A program made the position numbers and the translations under genes. Source: an uncultured Acidobacteriota bacterium (GTDB lineage Bacteria > Acidobacteriota > Vicinamibacteria > Vicinamibacterales > UBA8438). From it: 64,000 nucleotides of DNA. Below are positions 38,807-48,291 of this stretch, one piece after another (within the stretch, counting starts at the first letter, position 1; the number at the start of each line of letters is the position of its first letter). Where the stretch lies: assembly GCA_913043225.1 (NCBI GenBank), contig CAJWLU010000001.1:352001-416000 (forward strand), in the 5' to 3' direction. Under the pieces are notes generated by a model, which was not told the DNA's origin, searched no databases, and saw nothing but the letters and a program-made list of their open reading frames with translations.

Positions 38807-40255
38807 CTAATAGGACTTCGCGAAGTACGCGTCGACCTGACCCGGTTGGCCGCATTCGATGCAATTGCCAGACGTCGGCTGGGGATCCAGCGGGAGGTTC
38901 CTGATCGTGGCCTGGGTTGCGGTCTTGATCTTCGCCTCACACACGGCCGACCCACACCAGGACGCCACGACGTAGCCTGGGCGCCCCTCCAGGCTCGAAT
39001 CGAATTCGGTCCGGTCGGTAGTCCGCAGGGTGTGCTCGTCGCGGAATGCGACTGCCCGCTCGAAGAGCGCCTGCTGGATGGTAGATAGCAGGCCGTCGAC
39101 ATGTTCTGCCAATCCCGCCATCGGCGTCGGGCTCTTCTTACGATTATCACGCCTCACGAGCATCACCTGTTCGTTCTTCACGTCGCGGGGGCCGATCTCG
39201 AGCCGGAGCGGCACGCCCCGCATCTCCCATTCGGCATACTTCCAGCCGGGCGAATGCTCTTCCCGGCCGTCGAGCATCACCCTGATCCCACAGGCCTCGA
39301 GCTCACCCTTGATCCGATCCGCGTGCGGCAGGACGGTCTCCCGCCAATCACCACGCGGAATGGGAACGATCACCACCTGATACGGGGCGATGCGGGGCGG
39401 CAAAATCAGACCGCTGTCATCACCGTGGGTCATAATGACGCCCCCAATCAGGCGCGTGGTCACCCCCCACGACGTTTGCCACCCGTACTGGACGGTCTTG
39501 TCCCGTCCCTGGAAGGTGATGTCGAACACCTTGGCAAAGTTCTGACCCAGATTGTGGGACGTCCCGGCCTGGAGCGCCCGGCCGTCGCCCATCAGCGCCT
39601 CGATAGAGTAGGTACGCAACGCCCCTGCGAACTTCTCGCTTTCCGTTTTGAGCCCCTTCAACACCGGCATGGCCAGCTCGGTCTCAGTAAAGTCCTGGTA
39701 TACGTCGAGCATCTTGAGCGTTTCTTCCTGCGCTTCTGCCTCGGTCTCATGTACCGTGTGACCTTCCTGCCACAGGAACTCGGTGGTACGCAGAAAGAGC
39801 CGGGTGACCTTCTCCCAGCGGACAACGTTGGCCCACTGGTTGATCAAGATAGGCAGGTCTCGCCAGGACTGTACCCACTTCGAGTACATGGTCCCGACGA
39901 TGGCTTCGGACGTAGGCCGAACCACCAGCCGTTCCTCGAGCTGTTCCTGTCCCCCATGCGTGACCCAGGCCACCTCGGGGGCAAACCCCTCAACATGCGC
40001 GGCCTCCTTCTTCAGCAGGCTCTCGGGAATGAAGAGCGGGAAGTATGCATTGACGTGGCCGGTCTCCTTGATCCGACGATCGAGGGCCTGCTGCATCAGC
40101 TCCCAGATGGCGTAGCCGTACGGCCGGATGACCATACTGCCCTTGACCGGAGAATAGTCAGCCAGCTCCGCTCGACGAATGACGTCGGTGTACCAGCGAG
40201 AAAAATCCTCTGATCTCGGGGTGATTTCCTTGACGAGCGCGTCCTTGTCCGCCAT
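38807..40255 (-). CDS. proS: Proline--tRNA ligase (eukaryote/archaeal-like type)
   Basis: DFSRWY, RPTSE, QWANVVRWE, EFLWQEGHT, QAGTSHNLGQNF, C-terminal FAKSY. Confidence 0.97.
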   Translation of the reverse strand: MADKDALVKEITPRSEDFSRWYTDVIRRAELADYSPVKGSMVIRPYGYAIWELMQQALDRRIKETGHVNAYFPLFIPESLLKKEAAHVEGFAPEVAWVTHGGQEQLEERLVVRPTSEAIVGTMYSKWVQSWRDLPILINQWANVVRWEKVTRLFLRTTEFLWQEGHTVHETEAEAQEETLKMLDVYQDFTETELAMPVLKGLKTESEKFAGALRTYSIEALMGDGRALQAGTSHNLGQNFAKVFDITFQGRDKTVQYGWQTSWGVTTRLIGGVIMTHGDDSGLILPPRIAPYQVVIVPIPRGDWRETVLPHADRIKGELEACGIRVMLDGREEHSPGWKYAEWEMRGVPLRLEIGPRDVKNEQVMLVRRDNRKKSPTPMAGLAEHVDGLLSTIQQALFERAVAFRDEHTLRTTDRTEFDSSLEGRPGYVVASWCGSAVCEAKIKTATQATIRNLPLDPQPTSGNCIECGQPGQVDAYFAKSY

Positions 40256-40324
40256 CAGCGAAGGTCCCTCCGACCCAGAAATAGCTGCTATCCTACCATC
40301 TGGTCTTCAGCCCGCTCTGACCCC

Positions 40325-41407
40325 ATGCCGCCAGTCCGCATCGACGTCGCAAGTGCCAGCCGTACATACCCCGTACTTGTGGCGCCAGGCCTGATCTCTG
40401 ATCTCGAGACCCACCTCTCAGCTGCCGGCATCGGCGCGCGACGGTTCGTGGTATCGAGTCCGAACGTCTGGCGGCGCCATGGCGAGACCATCGCCACCGC
40501 GCTCCCGGGTACCCCCCACCTCCTGATTCCGGACGGAGAACGCTCGAAGAACCAGCAGACACTGGGGCGGATCTACGAGTGGTTGATCGGGGCAGGAGCC
40601 GACCGCCATTCAGTGGTGATCGCAGTCGGTGGCGGTGTGATCGGCGATACCGTGGGATTCGGCGCCGCCTCCTACCTACGTGGCGTGGATCTGGTGCAAG
40701 TGCCGACGACCCTCCTCGCCCAGGTGGACAGCTCGATCGGCGGGAAGGTAGGCATCAATCACGCGCTCGGAAAGAACCTGATCGGCGCCTTTCACGCGCC
40801 GGTCGCGGTCGTCATCGATCCGTCCCTGCTCGACACCCTCCCCCGCCGTGAGATGCGGGCCGGACTGTACGAAGTGGTGAAGTACGGAGTGATCGCCAGC
40901 CGCCCGCTCTTCGAGCAGTTGAGCAACGACCTCTCACGCATCTTTGCCCGAGATCCCGATGTGATGACCGGGATCATCGCTCAGTCCTGTCGCATCAAGG
41001 CCGACGTCGTCGCCGACGACGAGCGAGAAGGTGATCGGCGCAGAATCCTCAACTACGGTCATACCGCCGGCCACGCCCTTGAGGCCGTGACCCGGTACCG
41101 CCGGCTGCGCCACGGGGAAGCGGTGGGCTATGGCATGCTGGTAGCCGCCGAGCTTGGCGTCCGTCGCAAACTGCTCTCGGAGGCGGACCGGGAGGCGTTG
41201 TCCACCTTGATCGGCAACATGGGCCCGCTGCCTTCGGTGTCCGACCTCTCAGCCGACGAGCTAATCACCGCGATGCACCGTGACAAGAAGGTCGTGGAAG
41301 GACGTCTACACATGGTGCTACCCCGCGGTATTGGAGACACCCAGATCGCCGACGACGTGAGCGACCGCGACATCCGACGAGCCCTGAAGGTCATCGGAAT
41401 CAGGTAG
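40325..41407 (+). CDS. aroB: 3-dehydroquinate synthase
   Basis: GGGVIGD, PTTLLAQVDSSIGGK, KNLIGAF, LNYGHT, HGEAV. Confidence 0.97.
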   Translation: MPPVRIDVASASRTYPVLVAPGLISDLETHLSAAGIGARRFVVSSPNVWRRHGETIATALPGTPHLLIPDGERSKNQQTLGRIYEWLIGAGADRHSVVIAVGGGVIGDTVGFGAASYLRGVDLVQVPTTLLAQVDSSIGGKVGINHALGKNLIGAFHAPVAVVIDPSLLDTLPRREMRAGLYEVVKYGVIASRPLFEQLSNDLSRIFARDPDVMTGIIAQSCRIKADVVADDEREGDRRRILNYGHTAGHALEAVTRYRRLRHGEAVGYGMLVAAELGVRRKLLSEADREALSTLIGNMGPLPSVSDLSADELITAMHRDKKVVEGRLHMVLPRGIGDTQIADDVSDRDIRRALKVIGIR

Positions 41408-41556
41408 GAGCCGGATACGAGACCACCTTGCCGGCCATCGCGGGCGATGTGCTCAAAGCCTCGCCCACCTCGACCCGGGTTTCGAGCTCTGCCACCATCA
41501 CCACGAGTCCAGCCTCGACCAAATAGCGCCCCTAAGGCTCGTTGTTCCGCAGCCTG

Positions 41557-42393
41557 CTAATGAAACCAGAAGCGGTAGTACGACTCGAGGTACCACCTGA
41601 TGAACGGACCGCCGAAATGGGAGGACAGCAGCGCGCTGGCCGCGAGGTACGGACCGAGCGGGACCTCATCCTTTATTCCGGCCAGATGCAGAAGCACCTT
41701 CAGCGGCGGGACCTTATCCTTTATGGTGGCCAGTATGCTGGCCAGACGCAGCAGCAACTTCAGCGATGGAATAAGCGACGCAGCAAACAACGTAACCAGC
41801 ATCAGTTCCCAGCCGAGAAACGCGCCCACCATGGCCAGCATCTTCACGTCGCCCAGGCCCATAGCCCAGACGCCGCGCCAAAGGAAGTAGAACACTGCGG
41901 GCACCAACAGCACACCGGCACCAGCGGCCGCGCCGATGAGCGCCGACTGGATCCCGGGCTGCAGGAACAGACTGGCTCCCAGGCCGATCACAACGCCCGG
42001 ATAGGTGATCTCGTTTGGTAAATGCCCGGACTGCAGATCGACGACGAACAGCACGATCATGGCCGCCGCAAAGAGCAGTCGTACGCCCAGCAGCGGCTGC
42101 CAGCCCAGCTCCCAGAACTGCAGCGCAAACACCAGGCCGGTGGTCACTTCGATCAGCGGATACATCGGAGAGATCGGCTTACTGCAGTCCCGGCACCGAC
42201 CTCGCAGCACTAACCAGCTCAGCACCGGCACGTTGTCGAACCAGCGGAGACCGCGACCGCACGAGGGGCATCGAGATGGCGGACTGACCACCGACTCACC
42301 GCGTGGCAGCCGATAGATGCAGACGTTGAGGAAGCTGCCAATGGCCAGTCCCAGCGCCATCACCGATAGGCCCTGCACGTAGGTCTCGGTCAT
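41557..42393 (-). CDS. pilD: Prepilin peptidase (A24)
   Basis: GSFLNVCIYRLP, SRCPSC, NVPVLSW...GRCRDC, MGLGDVK, PLGPYL. Confidence 0.93.
   Translation of the reverse strand: MTETYVQGLSVMALGLAIGSFLNVCIYRLPRGESVVSPPSRCPSCGRGLRWFDNVPVLSWLVLRGRCRDCSKPISPMYPLIEVTTGLVFALQFWELGWQPLLGVRLLFAAAMIVLFVVDLQSGHLPNEITYPGVVIGLGASLFLQPGIQSALIGAAAGAGVLLVPAVFYFLWRGVWAMGLGDVKMLAMVGAFLGWELMLVTLFAASLIPSLKLLLRLASILATIKDKVPPLKVLLHLAGIKDEVPLGPYLAASALLSSHFGGPFIRWYLESYYRFWFH
41658..41765. repeat. Imperfect in-frame tandem duplication within pilD
   Basis: 48-nt unit (41658-41705) followed by a 60-nt copy (41706-41765) with a 12-nt extra. Confidence 0.75.
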
Positions 42394-43304
42394 TGCGAAA
42401 GCGGCGGGAGCGCTTCCCCGGGGAGCGGGTACAGCTCTGACTCCGGCGAGACGTTCATCGTGCCGTTCTCAACATCGAGTACATAGGGCAGACCGGTCGG
42501 GTCCAAGGGTAGCCTGGCCAGGAGGCCGGCCTGGATGAGTTCGTCCCATCCCCGGGGAGGGCGCCCCGCCTGCCGGTTGAAACGGACGGCCAGCGCGATC
42601 AGCTGATTGATGTCGTCGAGGGCGTGCAGCTGCGTCAGGCGACGGGCGGCCTCGGTCCGGATCCAGTTATTGTCAGCCGAGTCGTACACCTGTTGCCACA
42701 GCATGCGCGACGACTCCAGACTTCCACCCGCGGCCAGGGTGTTCGCAGCCAGCGACCGTAGCCACCATGACGCGCCAGGCACCTCTGCCGCCCGTTCGAA
42801 CCACGAACCGGCGGTCTCGTAGTCCTGCAGCCACCAGTAGTAGATGAACCCGATGTCCATGTAGTACTCCCAGCGGTCCGGCATAGCCTCGATGCCTTTC
42901 TCGAGCAGCGCCACCGCCAGATCGGGGCGCCCGGGACCATTGGGATAAGACTCGGTCAGAAAGATCGCTCCGAATCGGTACGCCGCTTTGAATCCTGGGT
43001 CGAGGGTGGTGGTGATATCGAGCAATGGCCCGAGCAAGTCGTAGTTTTTCTCGGCGGATTCGGACCGCTTGGTACCACCGTAGTGCTGGATCGCGCGTAT
43101 CCAGTAGATGTCAGCCACCAACGAGTCAAACGAGAGCGCCATCCGCTCCACGATCTCACCCGACGGGACATAGAGCAGCTCGGTCTCGACGGCAGAAGCA
43201 GTATAGGTACGGTCGCGCACGACGGAAGTCGTGACGAACACCACGACCAGCGCGGTCAGCGCCACGGCCACGGCTACCGGCCGTTCCCACCACGGTCGAC
43301 TCAT
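42390..43304 (-). CDS. TPR-like membrane-anchored pilus accessory protein (Myxococcus PilG-like)
   Basis: N-terminal TM; LVADIYW, TTLDPGF..AY.FG, LLEKG, LP.DP.G; coupled between ABC permease and pilD. Confidence 0.7.
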   Translation of the reverse strand: MSRPWWERPVAVAVALTALVVVFVTTSVVRDRTYTASAVETELLYVPSGEIVERMALSFDSLVADIYWIRAIQHYGGTKRSESAEKNYDLLGPLLDITTTLDPGFKAAYRFGAIFLTESYPNGPGRPDLAVALLEKGIEAMPDRWEYYMDIGFIYYWWLQDYETAGSWFERAAEVPGASWWLRSLAANTLAAGGSLESSRMLWQQVYDSADNNWIRTEAARRLTQLHALDDINQLIALAVRFNRQAGRPPRGWDELIQAGLLARLPLDPTGLPYVLDVENGTMNVSPESELYPLPGEALPPLSQ

Positions 43305-44107
43305 TTAAAGTCTCGCCGCGAAAATATGAAGACGGATGCCAGGAGCAGCGCCGCGACATAGGCCGCGCCATACCAGGTAGTCATCGCGACGTAGCCAAGC
43401 GACACCGGCTCGCCGTGGACCACCGCCGCCTTGACGTCGAACGGCGCGAGGTTTGGTAACACGTAGTACAGGGCACGGGCGAGATACACGGCGACGCTCG
43501 AATCGACCACGCTCTCGAAGTTCCTGAGATCCGCATTGAAGTGGCCCACTACGTACAGACCGAACGTCAGCACGGCGGACAGGCTCGGGCTGGAAAAAGT
43601 GGAGAAGAAGAGCGCGATCGCGGTGACCAGCGCCAGCTGGACGAACACCAGGAAAAGGGCGGACCACATCGCCGGATCGGCGGCCGGCCGAACCCAGGTC
43701 GCCTTGAACTCCTCGCTCTCGATCCAGGACATGTAACCGAGGACGAGGTAGAGGGCAACGGCCATCACCGCGACGTTGACGGCGAGGGTGAGCACCAGCC
43801 CCGCGTACTTGCCAAGAATCAACTCATGTCGTCGGATCGGCTTCGACAAGAGGCTGTAGATACTTCGACGTTCGACCTCCTTCGACACCAGTCCGATACC
43901 AATAAACACCGCGATGAACAACCCAACGATCTGGGTGGCGGCCAGTCCCAGGTCCTTGATGATCTTCACGTCCTGGCCGGCGGTCAGCTGTCCGATGAGA
44001 TACAACGCACCCATAAGGAGCACGGCGAACAGGACGAGGGTGTAGAGGACCTTGTCCCGTATCGACTCCTTGAAGGCGTGGACCGCAATCCGCGTGATGA
44101 TCGCCAT
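43301..44107 (-). CDS. ABC-2 type permease (PilI-like)
   Basis: About 6 TM; KEVERRSIYSLLSKPIRR..LILGKY, C-terminal FSRRDF. Confidence 0.88.
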   Translation of the reverse strand: MAIITRIAVHAFKESIRDKVLYTLVLFAVLLMGALYLIGQLTAGQDVKIIKDLGLAATQIVGLFIAVFIGIGLVSKEVERRSIYSLLSKPIRRHELILGKYAGLVLTLAVNVAVMAVALYLVLGYMSWIESEEFKATWVRPAADPAMWSALFLVFVQLALVTAIALFFSTFSSPSLSAVLTFGLYVVGHFNADLRNFESVVDSSVAVYLARALYYVLPNLAPFDVKAAVVHGEPVSLGYVAMTTWYGAAYVAALLLASVFIFSRRDFK

Positions 44108-44111
44108 GAGC

Positions 44112-45050
44112 CTAGTCCGCGTCGCCGGGCTGGGAGACCATGCGCATGAAGTAGTCCTCGAGTGACTCGTGACGAGGAGTCAGGGCAACGACCTGAGCAC
44201 CCTGCCTGGCCAGCTCGGGAAGGACCCGTTCCGGAGGCTGGTCGATGGTGAGCTCGATAACCAGCCGCCCGTCTACCTCCCGGGCGGCCTCGTCGAAGCC
44301 AAGCGCGCGCATCCCGTCCAGTGACCCTCCGGACACCACTACCTCCCACCCCAGCACTTCAAAGGCGAGGTCGGCGATCCGCCCGGTGGCGATCAACTTG
44401 CCTTGCGCCATGATGGCCACGCGATCGCAAAGCGCTTCGGCGTCAGAGAGGATGTGCGAGCTAAAGAAGACCGTACGCCCCTCTGCGCCAAGCTGTCGGA
44501 TCAGCTCCCGCGTGTCCCGCCGGCCGACCGGATCGAGACCTGACATCGGCTCGTCGAGAAACACCACCTCGGGGTCGTTGACGAGCGCCTGGGCGATGCC
44601 CACCCGCTGCAACATTCCCTTGGAATAACGTCGCAGACGCTGGTGTCGAGCCGCGCCCAGCCCCACCCTGTCGAGCAACGTCGCGGCCCGCCGACGTGCG
44701 TCGGCAGCCGACAAACTGAACAAGCCGCCGAAGTAGACCAGCAGTTCCTCAGCTGAGAGATTGTCATAGAAATACGGCAGCTCCGGCAGATAGCCGAGTC
44801 GGCGGCGGGCGCCCACGTCACCGGCGGGGCGACCCAGAATCTCGGCCGTGCCTGCCGTCGGATAGATCAGCTGCATCAGCAGCTTCAGTGTCGTCGTCTT
44901 ACCGGCCCCATTCGGTCCCAGATAGCCAAGCACCTCGCCGCTGGCCACCTCGAGCGATACCTGATCGAGCGCTCGGTAGGGACGCGGTCGCCAAAAGCCC
45001 ACCGCGTAATCCTTGGTGAGGCCGTCGAGTTTGATCGCAGGCGTGGACAT
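44112..45050 (-). CDS. ABC transporter ATP-binding protein (PilH-like)
   Basis: [32 protein letters not shown]. Confidence 0.93.
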   Translation of the reverse strand: MSTPAIKLDGLTKDYAVGFWRPRPYRALDQVSLEVASGEVLGYLGPNGAGKTTTLKLLMQLIYPTAGTAEILGRPAGDVGARRRLGYLPELPYFYDNLSAEELLVYFGGLFSLSAADARRRAATLLDRVGLGAARHQRLRRYSKGMLQRVGIAQALVNDPEVVFLDEPMSGLDPVGRRDTRELIRQLGAEGRTVFFSSHILSDAEALCDRVAIMAQGKLIATGRIADLAFEVLGWEVVVSGGSLDGMRALGFDEAAREVDGRLVIELTIDQPPERVLPELARQGAQVVALTPRHESLEDYFMRMVSQPGDAD

Positions 45051-45063
45051 CCAGGCACCGTTG

Positions 45064-46278
45064 CTACTGGGAGGCTTGAACCAGGCTGCGCTCGAGCTCC
45101 AGTTCGATCGCGGCCTCAAAGAACCGCACCTGCAGCCCGCCTTTCACGACCACCCCGTTGATGACGAAGGTCGGCGTCGCCTCGATCTCCACCTGCTCGC
45201 CGAGTGCAATGTCGGCTCGCACAGCCTCAAGGGTCTCGTCATACCGCTCGTCGAAGTCGGTCATACCAGTAACCTCCTCGAGCGCGACGCGCACCGACTC
45301 CCGTGAGAGCTCCACCTGATTCTCGTAGAGCCAGCGAACCATATCCGTCTCGTGCCCTTCCCGCCGCGCCAGGCGTACCGCCACCGCCGCCTCGCACGCG
45401 CCGGTATGTCCGCCACGCGGCGTCTGCGCGTTGCACTCGGGATCCAGCGGATAATCCAGTACCACCTGACGCACAGCCCCCGGATGACTCGACTCGAAAC
45501 GGGCAAACACCGGCTCGTAGGCCGAATGGGTCTGCGCACAGGACGGACACTGGTAGTCGTTGAACTTCAACACCTGCACCTGCGCCCCGTCCCGCGGCAC
45601 GTCGAGATCGACCCTGGGCTGCCCATCCCAGAACCGCTCAAACTCCGACTCTTGGGACGCCGGCGACGCCTCGTCAGGGCTAGAAAGTACCGAGCGGCCG
45701 AGCGCAGGCTCCCGCTCGCCAGGCATCGCCACCACCGCACCCAAGGTCAGACCGAGATAGGCCACAGTCGCCGCCACCGCCATCGGGCTGCGGACCAGTC
45801 TGGCAAGATCTGCCGCCGTCCGCCCCGGCATGGACCGCAGCGGCGCCGAACTGAGCGCCCCTGACAGCAGAAAGATTCCGACCACGGCCACATACACCAC
45901 GACGCACAGGACGCAAACGGCGCCAAGCACCATGAACGAGGCGTAGCCGAGAAACAACACCACCGCCAGTCCCAGGGTCGACAGCACCAGGAGATAGGAG
46001 CCCAGGTTCTCATCAAGCTCCGTCGACCGACCGGTGGCCAGCGTGAGCAGCCCGACCAGCGCAAACCAGCTCGCGCCGAGCAACGCGACAGGAATGCCCC
46101 CAAACGAACCGAATCGGCTCCGATACACCTGGGTGCAGCTGACGCTCTCGTTAATGTCGCAGAAACTGGTGTACTCGGGATCGGCGAGCATCTGGTAGTG
46201 CACCCAGGTAGACGTCAAGGACGCTCCGAACCCGACCAGGACCAACAGCAGAATTCCGCCGCGAACTCGCGTACTCAT
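45064..46278 (-). CDS. Vitamin K epoxide reductase (VKOR) domain fused to a DsbA-like thioredoxin domain
   Basis: C-x7-C loop pair, SRF, CVLC in membrane part; DYQCPSC and ATPTFVING in C-terminal part. Confidence 0.9.
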   Translation of the reverse strand: MSTRVRGGILLLVLVGFGASLTSTWVHYQMLADPEYTSFCDINESVSCTQVYRSRFGSFGGIPVALLGASWFALVGLLTLATGRSTELDENLGSYLLVLSTLGLAVVLFLGYASFMVLGAVCVLCVVVYVAVVGIFLLSGALSSAPLRSMPGRTAADLARLVRSPMAVAATVAYLGLTLGAVVAMPGEREPALGRSVLSSPDEASPASQESEFERFWDGQPRVDLDVPRDGAQVQVLKFNDYQCPSCAQTHSAYEPVFARFESSHPGAVRQVVLDYPLDPECNAQTPRGGHTGACEAAVAVRLARREGHETDMVRWLYENQVELSRESVRVALEEVTGMTDFDERYDETLEAVRADIALGEQVEIEATPTFVINGVVVKGGLQVRFFEAAIELELERSLVQASQ

Positions 46279-46392
46279 CTATCTCGGCTCTCCTCGCGAA
46301 CGAGACGGGAACTCCGTCCAAAGATGGACAGATACCCCCTCGCTCGACACCGTCGACCGGTAACAGTCGACGCGTCTTCACCGGGTATCGGA

Positions 46393-46920
46393 CTACTGGA
46401 TCGGCGTCGCGCCAGCCGGAGCGCCGTTCTGCGTGACCGGCACGGCTGCCGTGGACTGATAGATGGTAGCGCCCTGGTTGGTACCGAAGAAGCGCACGCC
46501 ACCTCCGGCGGTCGGCGCTCCAGACACAAAGTAGGTCGACACGACCGTCCCGGCCGCCGCGCCGTTACAGGAGGCTGGCGCACCAGTCGCAGCCGATCCC
46601 GGCGTCATGGCGATGGTGTAACTGCTCTTGACGGACGGATCGGTGTTCAGGTCGGTGCCGATGAACCCGTCCCCGCCGCCGACGGTGGGCGGTGTGCCCA
46701 GCCTGAGCAGGGTCGGGGCGTAGAACCCGCTCCCACAGCTCGCAGCGAACGTGGATTGGGCGCTGTTGACCGCGCGCAGCGAGCCGATGGCCGACGCCTC
46801 ATTGCCGGACATACGCGCCCGGAGCAGGCCTGGCACAGCAATCGCGGCGATGATTCCGATGATCGCGACAACGATCAACAATTCGATCAGGGTGAAACCA
46901 GCGTCGTTACTCCGCCTCAT
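46393..46920 (-). CDS. pilA: Type IV pilin (probable major pilin)
   Basis: G|FTLIELLIVVAIIGIIAAIAVP class III signal; two Cys in the head domain. Confidence 0.9.
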   Translation of the reverse strand: MRRSNDAGFTLIELLIVVAIIGIIAAIAVPGLLRARMSGNEASAIGSLRAVNSAQSTFAASCGSGFYAPTLLRLGTPPTVGGGDGFIGTDLNTDPSVKSSYTIAMTPGSAATGAPASCNGAAAGTVVSTYFVSGAPTAGGGVRFFGTNQGATIYQSTAAVPVTQNGAPAGATPIQ

Positions 46921-47205
46921 GGTGCGTCTCCTTGGTCGAGCTCCGCGGCGATCTGGCCACGACCGGCTCGACACCAGGGTATGTGAGCGGCGCTCTCCCC
47001 TTGAGTGCACCGGACCACAACTTCAAGTGCAACGATCCTTCGCAAGGATGGGTCCACCAAAGCGCCTTCCATTAAGTCATAAGTCTTTCTGCCATGAAAC
47101 AAAGGGCATCTGTCAATGTTCCCGATCCGGCCGCGTGCCCGTCGAGGGTGACATTTTCTGCCATGGACAAGAATTGACAACCAGTCGTTGTCAGGCCGTT
47201 AACCT

Positions 47206-47283
47206 TTACCCGAAGTGGTACTTCTTCAGGCAGTAGCGGACGAAGCGGAAGCTCATCCCCAGCAGGGCGGCGGAGCGACCAGC
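47206..47283 (-). pseudogene. Remnant of a PilR/NtrC-family regulator (C-terminal Fis-type HTH)
   Basis: Translates AGRSAALLGMSFRFVRYCLKKYHFG*, matching the AAxLLGxSFRSxRYxLxK tail of PilR-like activators; sits directly upstream of pilA. Confidence 0.7.
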
Positions 47284-48291
47284 TCAGAAACCGACGCGGG
47301 CGGATACGCCCCAGCTCCGTTCATCATCGTTGCGACTACGCGTCACCTGACCGTCAAGCCAAAATCCTGAGGTTAGCTCGACGCTAACGCCAACCGCACC
47401 CACCGGAGCTGGGTCGCCGCGCTCAAGATCGTAGCGACTGCCGGCCCGGACCGCGAACCTGGAAAAACGCTGCTCAACTCCAGCCGCCACGATCCGACGC
47501 GGACCATGCAGGGTCTCGGTTGTCGATAGATCAGCATCGAGCGCCACGAGCAAGGACTCCCGAGGACGCAGGGCGATGCCCCCGCGGAGCTGACGCTTGA
47601 GCACGAGGGTGACCTCATTCGAGGCGGCGAACTCGGACTCCCTGATGTTGCGCGCGACCACCCCGACCCGCACCAATCCAGTGCCGGCCACGATGCCCAC
47701 ATCGAGGTCGAAGCGGTTCGTGGTGTGGGTCTCCAGGGTCGAGGCTTGGTCGACGAAGTCGTCGACCGGAGCAACGCCGTCGGAGAAACCGACCCCAACC
47801 GTCCCGCGCACGATCTTGACCACCGTTGCAATCGCCAGACCCGGCGAGATCGGCTGCACGAAGGTCGCGCCGAGGTGCTGGGTCGTGAGCGATCGGAGGA
47901 AGGCTGACCCCTCGGCCCGCGGAGCAGCCTGCCAACTACGGAGTCGATAGTAGCTGAAACCAAGAGACGGGGTCGCGAAGGAGGTCAGAACCGTGAGGTC
48001 GTCGTTCGACTCCCGTAGCCCGACGTCGCTACGGATTCGGCGCCCGGTCCGCTGACCTTCGGCCACGGCGCTGAAGAACATCGTAGCCAGGCCAGCCGGG
48101 TTCCAGTAGTTGGCGCTGGCGTCGTCGGCGACCGCAACGAACGCACCTCCCATGCCAAGTGCCCGGGTACCGACCGACTCGAACACCTGCGCTGGAGCGA
48201 GCGCGGGGCTCCCTCCCAGTACCAACAACGCCAACCCGGCACGCCGCCACCCGGCGAACAAGGCCGGCCGGCGGGCGAAAGCGCCCTTCAT
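47284..48291 (-). CDS. Outer membrane beta-barrel protein (FadL/PorV/TraF-like family)
   Basis: Signal peptide, GTRALGMGGAFVAVADDASANYWNPAGLA, amphipathic strands, terminal Phe; ATG overlaps the upstream stop. Confidence 0.8.
   Translation of the reverse strand: MKGAFARRPALFAGWRRAGLALLVLGGSPALAPAQVFESVGTRALGMGGAFVAVADDASANYWNPAGLATMFFSAVAEGQRTGRRIRSDVGLRESNDDLTVLTSFATPSLGFSYYRLRSWQAAPRAEGSAFLRSLTTQHLGATFVQPISPGLAIATVVKIVRGTVGVGFSDGVAPVDDFVDQASTLETHTTNRFDLDVGIVAGTGLVRVGVVARNIRESEFAASNEVTLVLKRQLRGGIALRPRESLLVALDADLSTTETLHGPRRIVAAGVEQRFSRFAVRAGSRYDLERGDPAPVGAVGVSVELTSGFWLDGQVTRSRNDDERSWGVSARVGF

Noticed and set aside
47206..47286. TGA readthrough fusing the barrel to the HTH peptide (same frame)
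   Set aside because: The barrel ends in a proper terminal Phe, and an HTH on an outer-membrane protein is implausible; a deletion scar is simpler
47284..48291. Conjugative element suggested by a TraF-like family label
   Set aside because: No other tra, relaxase or integrase genes nearby; the motif is shared by generic FadL/PorV-like barrels
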